From assembly GCA_046313635.1 (NCBI GenBank), contig JBKBYA010000001.1:32001-96000 (forward strand): a stretch of DNA of 64,000 nt, in the 5' to 3' direction. The notes below the pieces were generated by a model that saw only the letters and a program-made list of their open reading frames with translations, did no database searches and was not told where the DNA came from. Positions within the stretch are counted from its first letter, which is position 1; each line of letters opens with the position of its first letter. This document shows, one piece after another, positions 37,401 to 49,278 of this stretch. The DNA comes from Pyrinomonadaceae bacterium (GTDB lineage Bacteria; Acidobacteriota; Blastocatellia; Pyrinomonadales; Pyrinomonadaceae). Both the position numbers and the translations under genes were made by a program.

Positions 37401-38023
37401 AGATGTTCAGCTTCGACGCACGCGTTTACGGCAACGCCTATATCGGCTCGACCGTCGGCACGGGCACCTCGGGCAACGACGGGACCGGCACGGCTCCGGG
37501 ACCGGTCACGTACTCGCTCTACAACCAGAGCTTCACCGGTACGCTGCTGCTCGGCGACCCCGTCGGCATCGCGAACAACAATGCCGGCGCGACGTGGGGC
37601 AACCCGACCTTTAAGGGCATCACCTGGGACGACTTCCCGATCACGACAAAGTCCGACGCGATCGCCCTCGAAGCGCGGCTCAGCTCCTCGACCGCGGTCG
37701 ATCTCGATTTTGAATTGAGGACGACGAGCGGGCAGGTTCTGCAGCGTTCGGCTGACTTTACGGCCAACGAGTTTGTCTCGGCGGCGGTCCAGCCAAACAC
37801 GACGTACATCCTGCGGGTGCTCGGCTTCGCGAATGGGCCGGCCGCCTTTAACATCGCGACGACGCAGCTGCTTCCCAACGGCTCGCCCAACGAGAACGGC
37901 GGCACCCGCACGACCGGCGGCAGCCCGCTCGGCGTGAGCGCGATAACGACGCAGGTGTCGGGCCTGTATCGCTTTACGGTCAATCCGATCACGAGATCGG
38001 TGACGGTCTCGCTCCTGCGATAG
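34457..38023 (+). CDS. Secreted M36/M4-type zinc metalloprotease with FTP/PepSY-like propeptide and FN3-like and PPC-like domains
   Basis: GGAGG RBS and signal peptide. RFQQTFNGIPV, VDAHTGEVV, HEGMH (HExxH), LNEGQAD, EEHRDGEIY, VSWSPVSGAFAYEV. Confidence 0.88.
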   Translation: MKSNAKRTSRETRLRLALVAVVWSLVIGAVVWQPWTRSAKAAIDVGADPTAAMYRRSAPQFDLNISRALPNVRQATGDQLQALNRLKAAAGAPNMTARWNDFGGSPDVMYDFASQPFQGTPEEAGRAFINQNAALFGVSESNNVRLFSQTDALGGKLLRFQQTFNGIPVTNGGIGIVLNANNQVVMASGPFFRDVAVNTQPTLSAEQARAAADADLARFAADVPAAVADLLRTGLDILTQQVGNAANVEPRLGIYPTADGYRLVWKVGKFSTNPFGLYVVSVDAHTGEVVQRHDYVTYQTNQVLPFTADIYPKYPRITQELKDQGIISVCGDRPCDQVRAQLRKFDPSNVTTGVNGTLTGTHTVVNNALATKQPFAQAARGTWHFAKNDPVNFEGRTNEQDHFAEPAEHQDEINAFFFTTYLLEYVDHLHRAGDPGTFGSTGAFPDQYPNSSTPLPATVHIPDVLTPLAGRQYPPVTDPEFAQKVLGLDNAFALNLTPFIEGITGEKSPVVVNPTAYGHGFLFNDTALEGTVPYHEGMHAITSPIAGLEGIEGGGLNEGQADMWAFTITDNPSLGDYVINGYRLRQRYRELNRDPDSIGYIRSANSSLKYSDIATYRNPANGQYEYEEHRDGEIYMSTMWDLRQMLNRMYPQNTQFKRPQPSDGAPAKAITKGTNIFERLFLGSMYVLGTTAPDTFVKARDALVVADQLLYPTDSTDSSAPGKHRALIEQLFAAKELGVNARESLSGVPTISTQVTSFAGSQAAPAVPTGVQVAPASTKTLRVSWSPVSGAFAYEVLKRKTQYANQREPNGVRAVNDGDSSTTGYRHVAYVNGSQTSYIDEGKVQGIFTPAGISNLFDSEYVVRAIGVNASGQVGFSDMSGSSKPSQGRQDLTSQVDSAISNISFVNGVMAFDNRLTNARGAFSSDKTIYQPLEFQIVSISNPTVTVRNADANGNTFVYNQTLALGQTSAAKRLEFNDPAAQMFSFDARVYGNAYIGSTVGTGTSGNDGTGTAPGPVTYSLYNQSFTGTLLLGDPVGIANNNAGATWGNPTFKGITWDDFPITTKSDAIALEARLSSSTAVDLDFELRTTSGQVLQRSADFTANEFVSAAVQPNTTYILRVLGFANGPAAFNIATTQLLPNGSPNENGGTRTTGGSPLGVSAITTQVSGLYRFTVNPITRSVTVSLLR

Positions 38024-38073
38024 CCGGGGCGAAAATGACGGCCAGGAGATCTGGTCCTTTGGTTAATACCGCT

Positions 38074-38106
38074 GCGAGGCCTTGGAAACAAGGCCTCGCT
38101 TTTTTT
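38074..38106 (+). terminator. Intrinsic terminator
   Basis: GCGAGGCCTTG-GAAA-CAAGGCCTCGC followed by a T-tract. Confidence 0.92.
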
Positions 38107-38203
38107 AGCCTTTGGCCGGCCGCGAGCAGGCTGGCGGGAGACCGCACCCGAACGGCGAAAAATATCTTTATCCGGTTTCCGAGGCCGGCCGCCCTTCATC
38201 TCC

Positions 38204-38247
38204 CTCAAGAACGCCTCAAGGATCGCTCAAGACCGCCTCGCTATTCT
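38204..38247 (+). promoter_or_regulatory. SARP-type promoter of the third S8 protease
   Basis: CTCAAG at 38204, 38215, 38226 (spacing 11, 11). TATTCT at 38242-38247. Confidence 0.85.
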
Positions 38248-38297
38248 CAACCTAGAGCAAAAGGCATTTTTTGAAACGACGGGTGAGGAATAAGGCG

Positions 38298-40730
<2,433 letters not shown>

Positions 40731-40746
40731 GCGGTCAGGCCGCATC

Positions 40747-41376
40747 TCAGACCATACTCCTGACGATCGCACGAGCAGTCGCGAGATCGTCAGGAGTATT
40801 TACGTTAAGAAAAAAATTTTCGCTGCCGGCGAGATCGGCGATCTCGGCAAATGCGACACGTCTAACCCGCAGGCCTTCGAGCAGCCCTTGAAGACTCCAG
40901 TTCTGCGACGCGAGCTGCTCGTCGGCCCGTGCGAGGCAGACGTCCCTGCGATACAGAGCGCACAGCGGCTGCGTGCGGCCGTCGGGCTGGACCGGCACGA
41001 CCGCGTCAAACGCCTCGCCGCCCGACGACGCGAGCCGCTCGAGCAGCGCGGGCGTGACGAGCGGCAGGTCGCACGCTAGGACGACCGTCCAGTCGGTCGC
41101 GGCGTACGCGAGCGCGGTCGCGAGCCCGACAAGCGAGGCACGGCGCGGCCAACCGGCGCCGTCAAGATCGCGGTCAGGTATGACCTCGAAATTTGTCGTC
41201 TCGCCCGCGACGGCGCCGACGACGGCGACGCGGCCCGCAACCGTCGAGAGGATGCGCGCGGCGCGTGACGCGAGCGTTTCGCCGCCGATCAGGGCGCCTG
41301 ATTTATCGACGCCCATCCGGCTGCTCGCGCCGCCCGCCAGCACAAATCCATCCGGGCGATCTTTGACTTGAGACAT
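40747..41376 (-). CDS. mobA: Molybdenum cofactor guanylyltransferase
   Basis: VLAGGASSRMGVDK, VLACDLP, QPLCALY, FLNVNTPDDL. Confidence 0.92.
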   Translation of the reverse strand: MSQVKDRPDGFVLAGGASSRMGVDKSGALIGGETLASRAARILSTVAGRVAVVGAVAGETTNFEVIPDRDLDGAGWPRRASLVGLATALAYAATDWTVVLACDLPLVTPALLERLASSGGEAFDAVVPVQPDGRTQPLCALYRRDVCLARADEQLASQNWSLQGLLEGLRVRRVAFAEIADLAGSENFFLNVNTPDDLATARAIVRSMV

Positions 41377-41403
41377 TTTTTTGATCCGATCGGCTGCTGA
41401 GGC

Positions 41404-41501
41404 TATTCAAACAAGATCCACACGATATGCAGGAGGCCGGGTACAATTCAAATCGAAGTCGCTTTTCAGGTCCTGCCGATCCTGTCCATCCTGTCTGAAT
41501 A
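41404..41501. mobile_element. ORF-less miniature element sharing ends with the GxxExxY element
   Basis: Right arm TCCTGCCGATCCTGTCCATCCTGTCTGAAT (41471-41500) matches the reverse complement of 8548-8577 at 29/30. Degenerate left arm ATTCAAACAAGATCCACACGATATGCAGGA. Confidence 0.65.
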
Positions 41502-41693
41502 AACCTACCACGACACTAAGAACCAAATCTCGGAATCGCGTCTAATTCCTCACCGCGGCGCGGAAAATTTGCGGCCGTCGCGGATCTGCCGTCTGTCGAT
41601 CGCCGCGGGCCGCAAGCAAGCCGAATACTTTGGAGCCTGTAATTCATTGCGTTGCGTGTCAGCTCGAGATCACCCGCAACGCGATCAATGCGG

Positions 41694-41708
41694 CGGCAGG
41701 GCGGTTGC
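41694..41708 (+). promoter_or_regulatory. sigma54 -24/-12 promoter
   Basis: CGGCAGG-GCGG-TTGC (GG-N10-GC), 63 nt before the YwiC-like start. Confidence 0.65.
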
Positions 41709-41771
41709 GTTCAGAGTCTCTTCCGCCCGCCGCTGGTGGCGGACTGGAATATTCAAGCTCAGGAGTATCAA

Positions 41772-42587
41772 ATGACAGCAGCAGCAATGGCCAAACCTCG
41801 CACAAGCATTCCGGTCAAGTCTATCGTCCTGCCGATCGAGCACGGGTCGTGGGGGTTTCTCCTTGAGCCGATCGCGCTCGGGCTCATCCTTGCGCCGTCC
41901 CTGCCGGCGGTCTTTATCACGATCACGGTCGTCGGAGCGTTCCTGACGAGACAGCCGCTGAAGTTCCTCATCGCCGACCTGAGGCAGGGCCGACGGCTCC
42001 CGCGCACCGAGATCGCACAAAGGTACGGACTCATCTTCGCGGGCGTCGCCGCTCTCGGCCTCGTCGGAACTCTCCTGACCGCGCCGTTGGCGAGCCTCGT
42101 TCCGCTCGCCGCCGCCGTACCGCTCGCGGGCTACGTGATGCTGCAGGACGCCGCCCGCCAGAGCCGTGAGCTCGTCCCCGAGATCCTTGCGGCCGTCGCT
42201 CTGTCTGCCTCGACGGCAGCGATCGTCGCGGCCGGCGGCGGATCGTGGCCGATCGCACTCTCGATGTGGGGCATAATGCTCGCGCGGCTTGTCCCTTCGA
42301 TAGTTTACGTCCGGAGCCGTTTGCGGCTCGAGAAGGGCAAGGAGTTCTCGAGACTGCCGTCGATAGTGCTGCACGTTGCGGCCGCCGCGGCGGCGGCCGG
42401 ATTCTTTGCCTACGGGACCGGCCCTTTCCTGACCGTCGCGATGATGGCTCTTTTGCTGGGCCGCAGCATCGTCGGTCTATCGCCGATCCGGGTTCCGGCA
42501 AAAGCAAAACAGATCGGCATCGAGGAGGTCGCCTACGGCGTGCTGACCGTGCTGTCGGTCGTCTTCGGTTTCTACTTTAAGATCTGA
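41772..42587 (+). CDS. YwiC-like membrane protein
   Basis: AGGAG RBS, LPIEHGSWGFL, YVRSRL, KAKQIGIEE, multiple TM segments. Confidence 0.8.
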   Translation: MTAAAMAKPRTSIPVKSIVLPIEHGSWGFLLEPIALGLILAPSLPAVFITITVVGAFLTRQPLKFLIADLRQGRRLPRTEIAQRYGLIFAGVAALGLVGTLLTAPLASLVPLAAAVPLAGYVMLQDAARQSRELVPEILAAVALSASTAAIVAAGGGSWPIALSMWGIMLARLVPSIVYVRSRLRLEKGKEFSRLPSIVLHVAAAAAAAGFFAYGTGPFLTVAMMALLLGRSIVGLSPIRVPAKAKQIGIEEVAYGVLTVLSVVFGFYFKI

Positions 42588-42673
42588 AAGCGGGCGGAGC
42601 CGCGGCCGTTTGGGAGCGTCGGGAAATGCGGACTGCGGGATCAGGTCCGCGATCCGCGATCGGACTTGCCCGG

Positions 42674-44611
42674 CTACTTTCCGGCGAGTGCGGCGGCCAG
42701 CGCGGTGAGGAGCTTTTCGCCGGTGAAGGGTTTTGTCAAAAAGCCGCTGACCCCGAGGTCGTCGAGCTCGGTCGTCTGGCCCGGATTCATCAATCCGCTC
42801 ATTGCTATGACCGGCCGAGCGGCATCGAGCCTGCGCAGCGCGCGGATAAATGCCGGACCGTCCATTACGGGCATCGAAAGGTCGGTCACGACGGCCGCGA
42901 TCTCGTTCTTCCGCTCGGCAAAAACGGCCAGCCCCTCCGCTCCGTCAACCGCCGTCACGACCCTGTAGCCAAACTTTTCGAGCGTCGCGGAGGTGGCCTG
43001 ACGTATGTTCTCCTCGTCGTCGACAACCAAAATGAGCTCGCCGGCGCCGCGCGGAGGCTTTTGGCTCTCGGTCTCGTCAGCCCGCTCGGTCGCGCCGTCC
43101 GCGGCCGGCAGATACACCGAGAACTTGCTGCCGCGGCCGAGCTCGCTGTAGACGTTGATAAAACCGCCGTGGGCCCGCACTATCGACGCCGCCGTCGAGA
43201 GGCCTAGGCCCGTGCCGCGGCCCATCTCCTTTGTCGTAAAGAACGGGTCGAAGATACGCTCGCGAACGTCGTCGCTCATCCCGACGCCCGTGTCCTCGAT
43301 CGTCACCAGCACATAGGCCCCCGCCTCGGCCTCGGGGTTCATCTGCGCGTAGCTCTCGTCAAGCCGCACGTTTCGCGCAATGATGCTCAGCTCGCCGCCG
43401 TGCGGCATCGCGTCGCGTGCGTTGACGGCGATATTCATCAGCACCTGGTGCACCTGCGTCGGGTCGGCCGAGATCGTCCACAGATCGGCGGGCACGTCGC
43501 AGCGCAGCCTTATCGATTTGGGCAGCGTCTCGCTGAGCACGCTGACGAGGTCTTTGACGATGTGCCTGACCTGAACGCTGACCCGTTCGCCCTCCATCCC
43601 GCGGGCAAATGTCAGCACCTGCTTGATGAGGTCGGCTCCACGCTCGGCATTCTCACGCACGAGCGAGAGCCAGCGTGCCGTCTCCGGGTCGGGATCGCCG
43701 AGCTGCAGCATCTCGGCCGCCATCAGTATCGGCGAGAGGATGTTGTTGAGGTCATGCGCAATGCCGCCGGCGAGCGTCCCGATAGACTCCATCCGCTGCG
43801 CTCGCAGCAGGTGCTCCTCGGCTCGCTTCTGCTCGGTCTTGTCGGTGTGGATGATCAGGATGTAGTCGGGCTGGCCCTGCTCGTTGCGGACGAGCGCCCA
43901 GCGGCTCTCTACGATGATCTTGCGTTTGTCCCTTGTCTCGCGGCGGACCTCTCGAGACCAGAAGCCGGTCTTTTCAAATTCGGCTCGCAGTCGATCCAAT
44001 CTCTGGCGGTCGCCGCCAAACATCACGTCGGTCAGATCGCTGCCGAGCACTTCGTCGATCGTCCAGCCGTACATCCGCTCGGCGCCCTTGTTCCAGTAAA
44101 TGATCCGGTAATTCAGATCGCAGACAAAGATCGCGTCGCGTGCGTTGTCGAGGAGCGACGCCTGCTGGCGGATGCGCTCCTCGGCAAGCTTGCGCTCGGT
44201 GATGTCAAACCTGATCGCGATGTACTGAAACGGCTTGCCGCGCTCGTCCAGCAGCGGCACGATCGTCGTGTCTACCCAGTAGATCGAGCCGTCCTTGGCG
44301 CGGTTGCGCAGCTCGCCGTGCCACGTGCGGCCGCCCGCGATGGTCTTCCAAAGATCTCGCATGAACTCTTTGGGATGGTAGTCCGAGTTTATTATCCGGT
44401 GGTCTTGGCCGATCAATTCGTCGCGGCTGTATTTAGATATCTCGCAAAATTTGTCGTTGACGTAGGTGATGATGCCGCGCTGGTCGGTGCGTGCGACGAT
44501 CGCCGCCTCGTCGAGCGCGTACTTGAGGTCCTCGAGCTCCTTGAGCCGCGGATCCGGCTTTTCGTCGGGCGTCTGTGAGGTCGTGGGCGATATGCCTTTG
44601 GTCTGGGCCAT
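42674..44611 (-). CDS. Cytoplasmic PAS-PAS hybrid histidine kinase with receiver domain
   Basis: Two PAS/PAC domains, [50 protein letters not shown]. Confidence 0.93.
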   Translation of the reverse strand: MAQTKGISPTTSQTPDEKPDPRLKELEDLKYALDEAAIVARTDQRGIITYVNDKFCEISKYSRDELIGQDHRIINSDYHPKEFMRDLWKTIAGGRTWHGELRNRAKDGSIYWVDTTIVPLLDERGKPFQYIAIRFDITERKLAEERIRQQASLLDNARDAIFVCDLNYRIIYWNKGAERMYGWTIDEVLGSDLTDVMFGGDRQRLDRLRAEFEKTGFWSREVRRETRDKRKIIVESRWALVRNEQGQPDYILIIHTDKTEQKRAEEHLLRAQRMESIGTLAGGIAHDLNNILSPILMAAEMLQLGDPDPETARWLSLVRENAERGADLIKQVLTFARGMEGERVSVQVRHIVKDLVSVLSETLPKSIRLRCDVPADLWTISADPTQVHQVLMNIAVNARDAMPHGGELSIIARNVRLDESYAQMNPEAEAGAYVLVTIEDTGVGMSDDVRERIFDPFFTTKEMGRGTGLGLSTAASIVRAHGGFINVYSELGRGSKFSVYLPAADGATERADETESQKPPRGAGELILVVDDEENIRQATSATLEKFGYRVVTAVDGAEGLAVFAERKNEIAAVVTDLSMPVMDGPAFIRALRRLDAARPVIAMSGLMNPGQTTELDDLGVSGFLTKPFTGEKLLTALAAALAGK

Positions 44612-44617
44612 GAGGAA

Positions 44618-46087
44618 CTACTCGCTTGCCGCGGCTGCGGGCTCGTCGGCTTCGCTTGCGAGCTCGCCTGCCTTTTTGAGTTTATAGCGGAGCTGGTCGC
44701 GGCTGATGTCCAGAAGCTTGGCCGCGCGGGTCAGATTGCCTCCCGTGCGCTCCAGCGCCTGCCGTGCAAGCTCGATCTCGACCGCCTCGAGCGGGACGCC
44801 CTCGGGCGGCAGCACCACCGCGGCCCCGGCCCGGCCTCCGGCAGTCGAGGCCGCGGGCCCGCCCGCCATGTCCGCCGGCAGATGCGCGGCGGTCACATAC
44901 TCGCCGTCCTCGAGTATCGACGCCCGCTCGATGATATTGCGCAGCTCCCGCACGTTACCGGGCCAGCGGTACGCCGCAAAGATCGCACGCACCTCGGGCG
45001 AGAGCCCCCGAAGCTTTTTGTCGCCGCGTTTGCTGTTGGCCTTTTCGATGTAGTGCTGAGCGAGCAGCACCATGTCGTCGCCCCGCTCGCGCAGCGGCGG
45101 AATATCGACCTGTATCACCGACAGCCGGAAATACAGATCGAGGCGGAACGAGCCTTCCTCGCCGGCCTTTTTCAGATTCTGGTTTGACGCCGCGATGATC
45201 CGAACGTCGAGCGGCAGGTCTTTGAGCCCGCCGACGCGCCGGAAAGCTCCTTCCTCCAAAACGCGCAGCAGCTTTGCCTGCAGGCTGAGCTCCATCTCGC
45301 CGATCTCGTCGAGAAATATTGTGCCGCCCTGCGCCTGCTCAAACAGACCTTCCTTACGCGATTTGGCGTCGGTAAACGCACCCTTCTCGTAGCCGAAGAG
45401 CTCCGACTCGATCAGCGTCGCCGGCAGCGCCGCGCAGTTGATCGCCAGATACGGCGCCTTGGCGCGGTCAGATGCGTAGTGGATCGCTCTTGCAAAAAGG
45501 TCCTTGCCCGTACCGGTCTCGCCCTGCAGAAGTATCGCCGTCACGTCCGAGCCGGCGACGCGCCGCGCGAGGTCGATCGCCTTTTTCATCGCCGGCGAGT
45601 CGCCAATGATCTGCTCAAATCCGAATCGGCCCGAGCTCTCGCGGCGCGTCCGCTCGACCTCGCGGCGCAGCTCTCGCGTCTCGAGAGCGTTGCGGAGCGT
45701 CACGCGCAGCTCCTCAAGCCGGATAGGCTTGCCGATAAAATCGTGAGCTCCGCCGCGCAGCGCCGTGACCGCGTTCGGCACGTTGACGTTGCCGGTCACG
45801 ATTATCGCGACGGTGTCGGGTTGTACGTCCTTGATATGGTTGAGTACGTCGAGGCCCGAGCCGTCCGGGAGGTCTATGTCGAGCAAGGCGACAACAGGAC
45901 TCTCGGCCGCAAAGACGTCCTTGGCCTCGGCGACGGTCGACGCCTGCAGAGACTCATAGCCCCACGAACGGAGCGCCTCGGTGAGAGCAAAGCGGATCGA
46001 CGAATCGTCGTCCACGATCAGGACCTTTCGAGCTGCTTTTTCCAAGGTCTTTACCAGAAATGCTGCCGGCGGGAGCGGCGGATACAC
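44618..46087 (-). CDS. sigma54-dependent response regulator (NtrC/AtoC family)
   Basis: Receiver domain, [38 protein letters not shown], Fis HTH. Start position uncertain. Confidence 0.93.
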   Translation of the reverse strand: MYPPLPPAAFLVKTLEKAARKVLIVDDDSSIRFALTEALRSWGYESLQASTVAEAKDVFAAESPVVALLDIDLPDGSGLDVLNHIKDVQPDTVAIIVTGNVNVPNAVTALRGGAHDFIGKPIRLEELRVTLRNALETRELRREVERTRRESSGRFGFEQIIGDSPAMKKAIDLARRVAGSDVTAILLQGETGTGKDLFARAIHYASDRAKAPYLAINCAALPATLIESELFGYEKGAFTDAKSRKEGLFEQAQGGTIFLDEIGEMELSLQAKLLRVLEEGAFRRVGGLKDLPLDVRIIAASNQNLKKAGEEGSFRLDLYFRLSVIQVDIPPLRERGDDMVLLAQHYIEKANSKRGDKKLRGLSPEVRAIFAAYRWPGNVRELRNIIERASILEDGEYVTAAHLPADMAGGPAASTAGGRAGAAVVLPPEGVPLEAVEIELARQALERTGGNLTRAAKLLDISRDQLRYKLKKAGELASEADEPAAAASE

Positions 46088-46233
46088 GACGACTATAGCC
46101 GATTAAAAGGACGCGGCGCAATTTGGCTGCGACTGTCAGCGGAGCGGCCAGAGAAAGGGAGATTTACGCGTCGCTTGCGGAAATCTCCGCGGCCCGCGTG
46201 CCCCAGCCCGCCGTTTTGTCGACCGAACCGCGA

Positions 46234-46248
46234 TGGCACGGCCGTTGC
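46234..46248 (+). promoter_or_regulatory. sigma54 -24/-12 promoter
   Basis: TGGCACG-GCCG-TTGC matches the consensus TGGCACG-N4-TTGC. Confidence 0.85.
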
Positions 46249-46295
46249 CGTCCCGACAATGCCCGAGACCTTCTTCACCGATCTCGGTTTCGCTT

Positions 46296-47240
46296 ATGAA
46301 GCTCTTGATAGCCTACGACGGGTCAAAATGCGCCGAGGCGGCGATCGACGATCTGGCGCGTGCCGGATTGCCGGAGAAAGGATCTGCGACGGTCGTTTCG
46401 GTCGCCGAGGTCTGGCTGCCTCCAAAAGATTCGGTCGAGGCCGACGCCGACGGGTCAAGCGCCAATCTCGAAGAACTGGTGCGTGCATGGCGAGACAGTG
46501 CCAACAAGTCTATCGCCGAGGCCGCGATGCTGGCCCGACATGCCGAGCGGCGTGTCGCCAGGGCGCTGCCGAATTGGGAGGTCAGGTCTGAGGCTCTGCA
46601 CGGTTCGCCCGCGTGGGAGATACTCGACGCCGCGCGCAACTGCGGGGCGGACCTGATCGTCGTCGGATCGCAGGGCCACTCGGCGCTCGGGCATCTGGTG
46701 CTCGGCAGCATCTCGCAGAAAGTCCTCGCCGAGGCGCCGTGCTCGGTACGGGTAGCCCGGGGGCGGATCGATGTCGATCCGGCGCCGGAACGCATCGTTA
46801 TCGGCTTTGACGCTTCGCGCGGCGCCGCCGGGGCCGTCACCGCCGCTGCCGGCCGAAACTGGAGCAGAGGGGCGGCGGTCAGGCTGATCGCCGTGACCGA
46901 GCCCGTCGTGCCAAAGGCGATCGGACGATTTGTCGCTCCCAGTGTGAACGCTTCTGCCGTATCGTCGGCTTCGTGGCTCGAGCGTGCGGCAGAGACCGCC
47001 CTCCGAGAGCTGCGAGGCGCCGGCATCGAATCGGAACTGATGCTCCGCGCAGGAAATCCAAAACACGTGCTCGTCGACGAGGCCGAGCGCTGGGGCGCCG
47101 ATGCGATATTCCTCGGCGCGACGCGATACGGCTCGTCGCTTGAGCGGCTGATCCTCGGCGGCACGGCCGCGGCGGTCGCCGCACGGGCGCGCTGCACGGT
47201 CGAGGTCGTCCGCATCGCCGCGAGCGGTTCGGCCCGATGA
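46296..47240 (+). CDS. Tandem-domain universal stress protein
   Basis: LIAYDGS..ADLIVVGSQG..LGSISQKV..APCSV, then a second USP domain. Confidence 0.92.
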   Translation: MKLLIAYDGSKCAEAAIDDLARAGLPEKGSATVVSVAEVWLPPKDSVEADADGSSANLEELVRAWRDSANKSIAEAAMLARHAERRVARALPNWEVRSEALHGSPAWEILDAARNCGADLIVVGSQGHSALGHLVLGSISQKVLAEAPCSVRVARGRIDVDPAPERIVIGFDASRGAAGAVTAAAGRNWSRGAAVRLIAVTEPVVPKAIGRFVAPSVNASAVSSASWLERAAETALRELRGAGIESELMLRAGNPKHVLVDEAERWGADAIFLGATRYGSSLERLILGGTAAAVAARARCTVEVVRIAASGSAR

Positions 47241-47261
47241 CGCGAGCAGAGCCGGCACGAC

Positions 47262-47299
47262 AAAAAGATCGGGCCGGCGACATTGTGTCAACCGGCCCG
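47262..47299 (-). terminator. Intrinsic terminator for the small membrane protein gene
   Basis: CGGGCCGG/CCGGCCCG stem with an A-tract at 47262-47266. Confidence 0.6.
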
Positions 47300-47352
47300 C
47301 AGGAGGAAGAGGAGGAAAGACTAGCTACGCAGTTCTATCGAGAAGGTCACGC

Positions 47353-47616
47353 TCACGCATTCTTCAAAACGCCGGAATGTCGGGCCGAGTCGGCCGCCGC
47401 AGGCTTCGCCGCCGGAACCTTCGCCTTCGGCTCGGCCGGCTGCGCGCGAGCGATCGAGCTCGGCAGCACGCCGATCATTCCCATAAAGATCATTCCAAAG
47501 CAGATGAATCCATAAACGACCGCCGCCATCAGGCCGAGCCCGACCGTAAACTCAACCACTATCACCGAGAGTGCGATCAGCCCCCAGAGCGACCAGTAGA
47601 TCTTGACCAGCATCAT
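47353..47616 (-). CDS. Small two-TM membrane protein of unknown function
   Basis: AGGAG RBS, two hydrophobic segments, upstream sigma54 promoter and downstream terminator. Confidence 0.7.
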   Translation of the reverse strand: MMLVKIYWSLWGLIALSVIVVEFTVGLGLMAAVVYGFICFGMIFMGMIGVLPSSIARAQPAEPKAKVPAAKPAAADSARHSGVLKNA

Positions 47617-47669
47617 TAGAAACTCCTGAAGATCGGATCCGCCGCGTCAACGGCGGCACTCATCGATCC

Positions 47670-47684
47670 GCAACGGACGTGCCT
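47670..47684 (-). promoter_or_regulatory. sigma54 -24/-12 promoter
   Basis: Minus strand reads AGGCACG-TCCG-TTGC. Confidence 0.75.
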
Positions 47685-47812
47685 CTCTCAGGACCGCGAT
47701 TTTACGGCACTCTCTGGCGAGGCCCCGTGAAATTCTCCGCGATCGGGCAGGGCGAGGCGCGGGAATTTGCGTCCGCATCGGCACCTCGATGCCGCAATAA
47801 CGCCGACTCCGG

Positions 47813-47827
47813 CGGAACGAATGTTGC
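47813..47827 (+). promoter_or_regulatory. sigma54 -24/-12 promoter
   Basis: CGGAACG-AATG-TTGC. Confidence 0.7.
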
Positions 47828-47899
47828 GCCTGATCAGTCGTGTCTTGCGACAACGCGGCCTCTCGCGGCCGCCGTCTCATTGCTCCGGAGGTGAGTGTT

Positions 47900-48376
47900 A
47901 TGAAAGTATTGATCGCAACCGACGGCTCCGAATACAGCAAGGCCGCCGTCGAGGAATATTGCCGGCTTGCCGCACGGCCGGAAGAGACCGAGATCAAGAT
48001 CATCTCTGTCTTTGAAAATGTTTATGTGCTGATGGGCGAGCCCGTCGCGGTCTCGGCCGAATACTACCAGCAGCTGTCCAAGGCCGCCGAGGAGCAGGCG
48101 CTCGGCTTCGCCTCTGACGCCGCGGCGATCATACGCGATCGCCTTCGCGGCTCGGTCAAGGATATCGTGACCGAGACCGTCAACGGCCCGCCCGAGCAGC
48201 GGATCGTCGAAGCCGCGAGCGAATGGGGCGCCGACCTGATCGTCGTCGGCTCGCACGGTCGCGGATTCTGGGGACGCCTGCTCGGCTCGGTATCGGACGC
48301 GGTCATTCACCATGCGCCGTGCTCGGTCCTCGTTGTGAGAAACAAGGTCGAGCGCCGCCGGCCAAATAAAGCATGA
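47900..48376 (+). CDS. Universal stress protein
   Basis: GGAGGTGA RBS, VLIATDGS, ADLIVVGSHGRG, LLGSVSDAVIHHAPCSVLVVR. Confidence 0.93.
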   Translation: MKVLIATDGSEYSKAAVEEYCRLAARPEETEIKIISVFENVYVLMGEPVAVSAEYYQQLSKAAEEQALGFASDAAAIIRDRLRGSVKDIVTETVNGPPEQRIVEAASEWGADLIVVGSHGRGFWGRLLGSVSDAVIHHAPCSVLVVRNKVERRRPNKA

Positions 48377-48873
48377 TCGAGATACAGGACCTGCAAAAGA
48401 GCGCGATACAGCAATTTCTCGAGAGGTCGGACTATGGCCACCTGGCCTGCTGCGCCGACGATGAGCCGTACGTCGTGCCGATCCACTTTGCGTATTGCGA
48501 TCCCTTTATTTACATCTACACGACCGAGGGCAAAAAGACGGAGATCATCGCCCGCAATCCGCGCGTCTGCCTGCAGGTCGAGGAGGTGTCGAGCAATCGC
48601 CAATGGACCAGCGTTATCGTCTACGGCGAGGCCGAGCGCCTCGTTGACGAACGGTTGAAGACCGAGGCGCTCAACGCCGTGCTCAGCCGTAATCCGACGC
48701 TGACGCCCGCCGTCAGCATCCGCTGGATCGATAGCTGGATCCGCGAAAATATCGAGGCTGTTTACCGCATCATCCCGGTCGAGATGACCGGCCGGGCGAC
48801 GCTCGATCGCAGCGCGGCTGACGAGGATGACGGCGACGTCGTCCCGGCCCGCTCGCGGACAGACGTCTTGTGA
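48373..48873 (+). CDS. Pyridoxamine 5'-phosphate oxidase-like flavin-binding protein
   Basis: GHLAC..PYVVPIHF..GKK..NPRVCLQV..WTSVIVYG..MTGR. Confidence 0.85.
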   Translation: MIEIQDLQKSAIQQFLERSDYGHLACCADDEPYVVPIHFAYCDPFIYIYTTEGKKTEIIARNPRVCLQVEEVSSNRQWTSVIVYGEAERLVDERLKTEALNAVLSRNPTLTPAVSIRWIDSWIRENIEAVYRIIPVEMTGRATLDRSAADEDDGDVVPARSRTDVL

Positions 48874-49184
48874 GCGGGATGACCGCTTGATCTCTCGCGC
48901 GAGGTTTCGATCGACTGATCGCCGACCTGTCGGCCTGCGTCCCTCACGGTCGTCGGCGACCACCCGCCGTATTCCCCAAAGCATCGCAGATGGTCAGCGG
49001 TCGCGGCGGATCGCCGCCCCGCGCGTGATCGCGGTCGGCGACCGGATGCCGGGCCGGCATCGATCGAGCGCTCTCGGGACGAGAAACGCTTCTTGTGTGT
49101 GGATTTCCCCAGGACCGGTGCGCATTTCCGCGTCCGAGGCCGCGGCGCCGCGGCGGTTACGCTGATTTGCCGGAGCTTCGTGCA

Positions 49185-49199
49185 AGGTACATTCCTTGC
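49185..49199 (+). promoter_or_regulatory. sigma54 -24/-12 promoter
   Basis: AGGTACA-TTCC-TTGC. Confidence 0.68.
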
Positions 49200-49278
49200 G
49201 TTTCACTTCGTCAGCGGTGAGCGCGGCGCGTCCCGCCGTCGGATGCTCCCGCCCGTGCCGCTTCTGGAGGTAACGACC

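Noticed and set aside
48874..49278. Moco riboswitch or ncRNA upstream of the FDH operon
   Set aside because: I could not recognise riboswitch features. The sigma54 promoter and upstream motifs explain part of the region. An Rfam scan would settle it.
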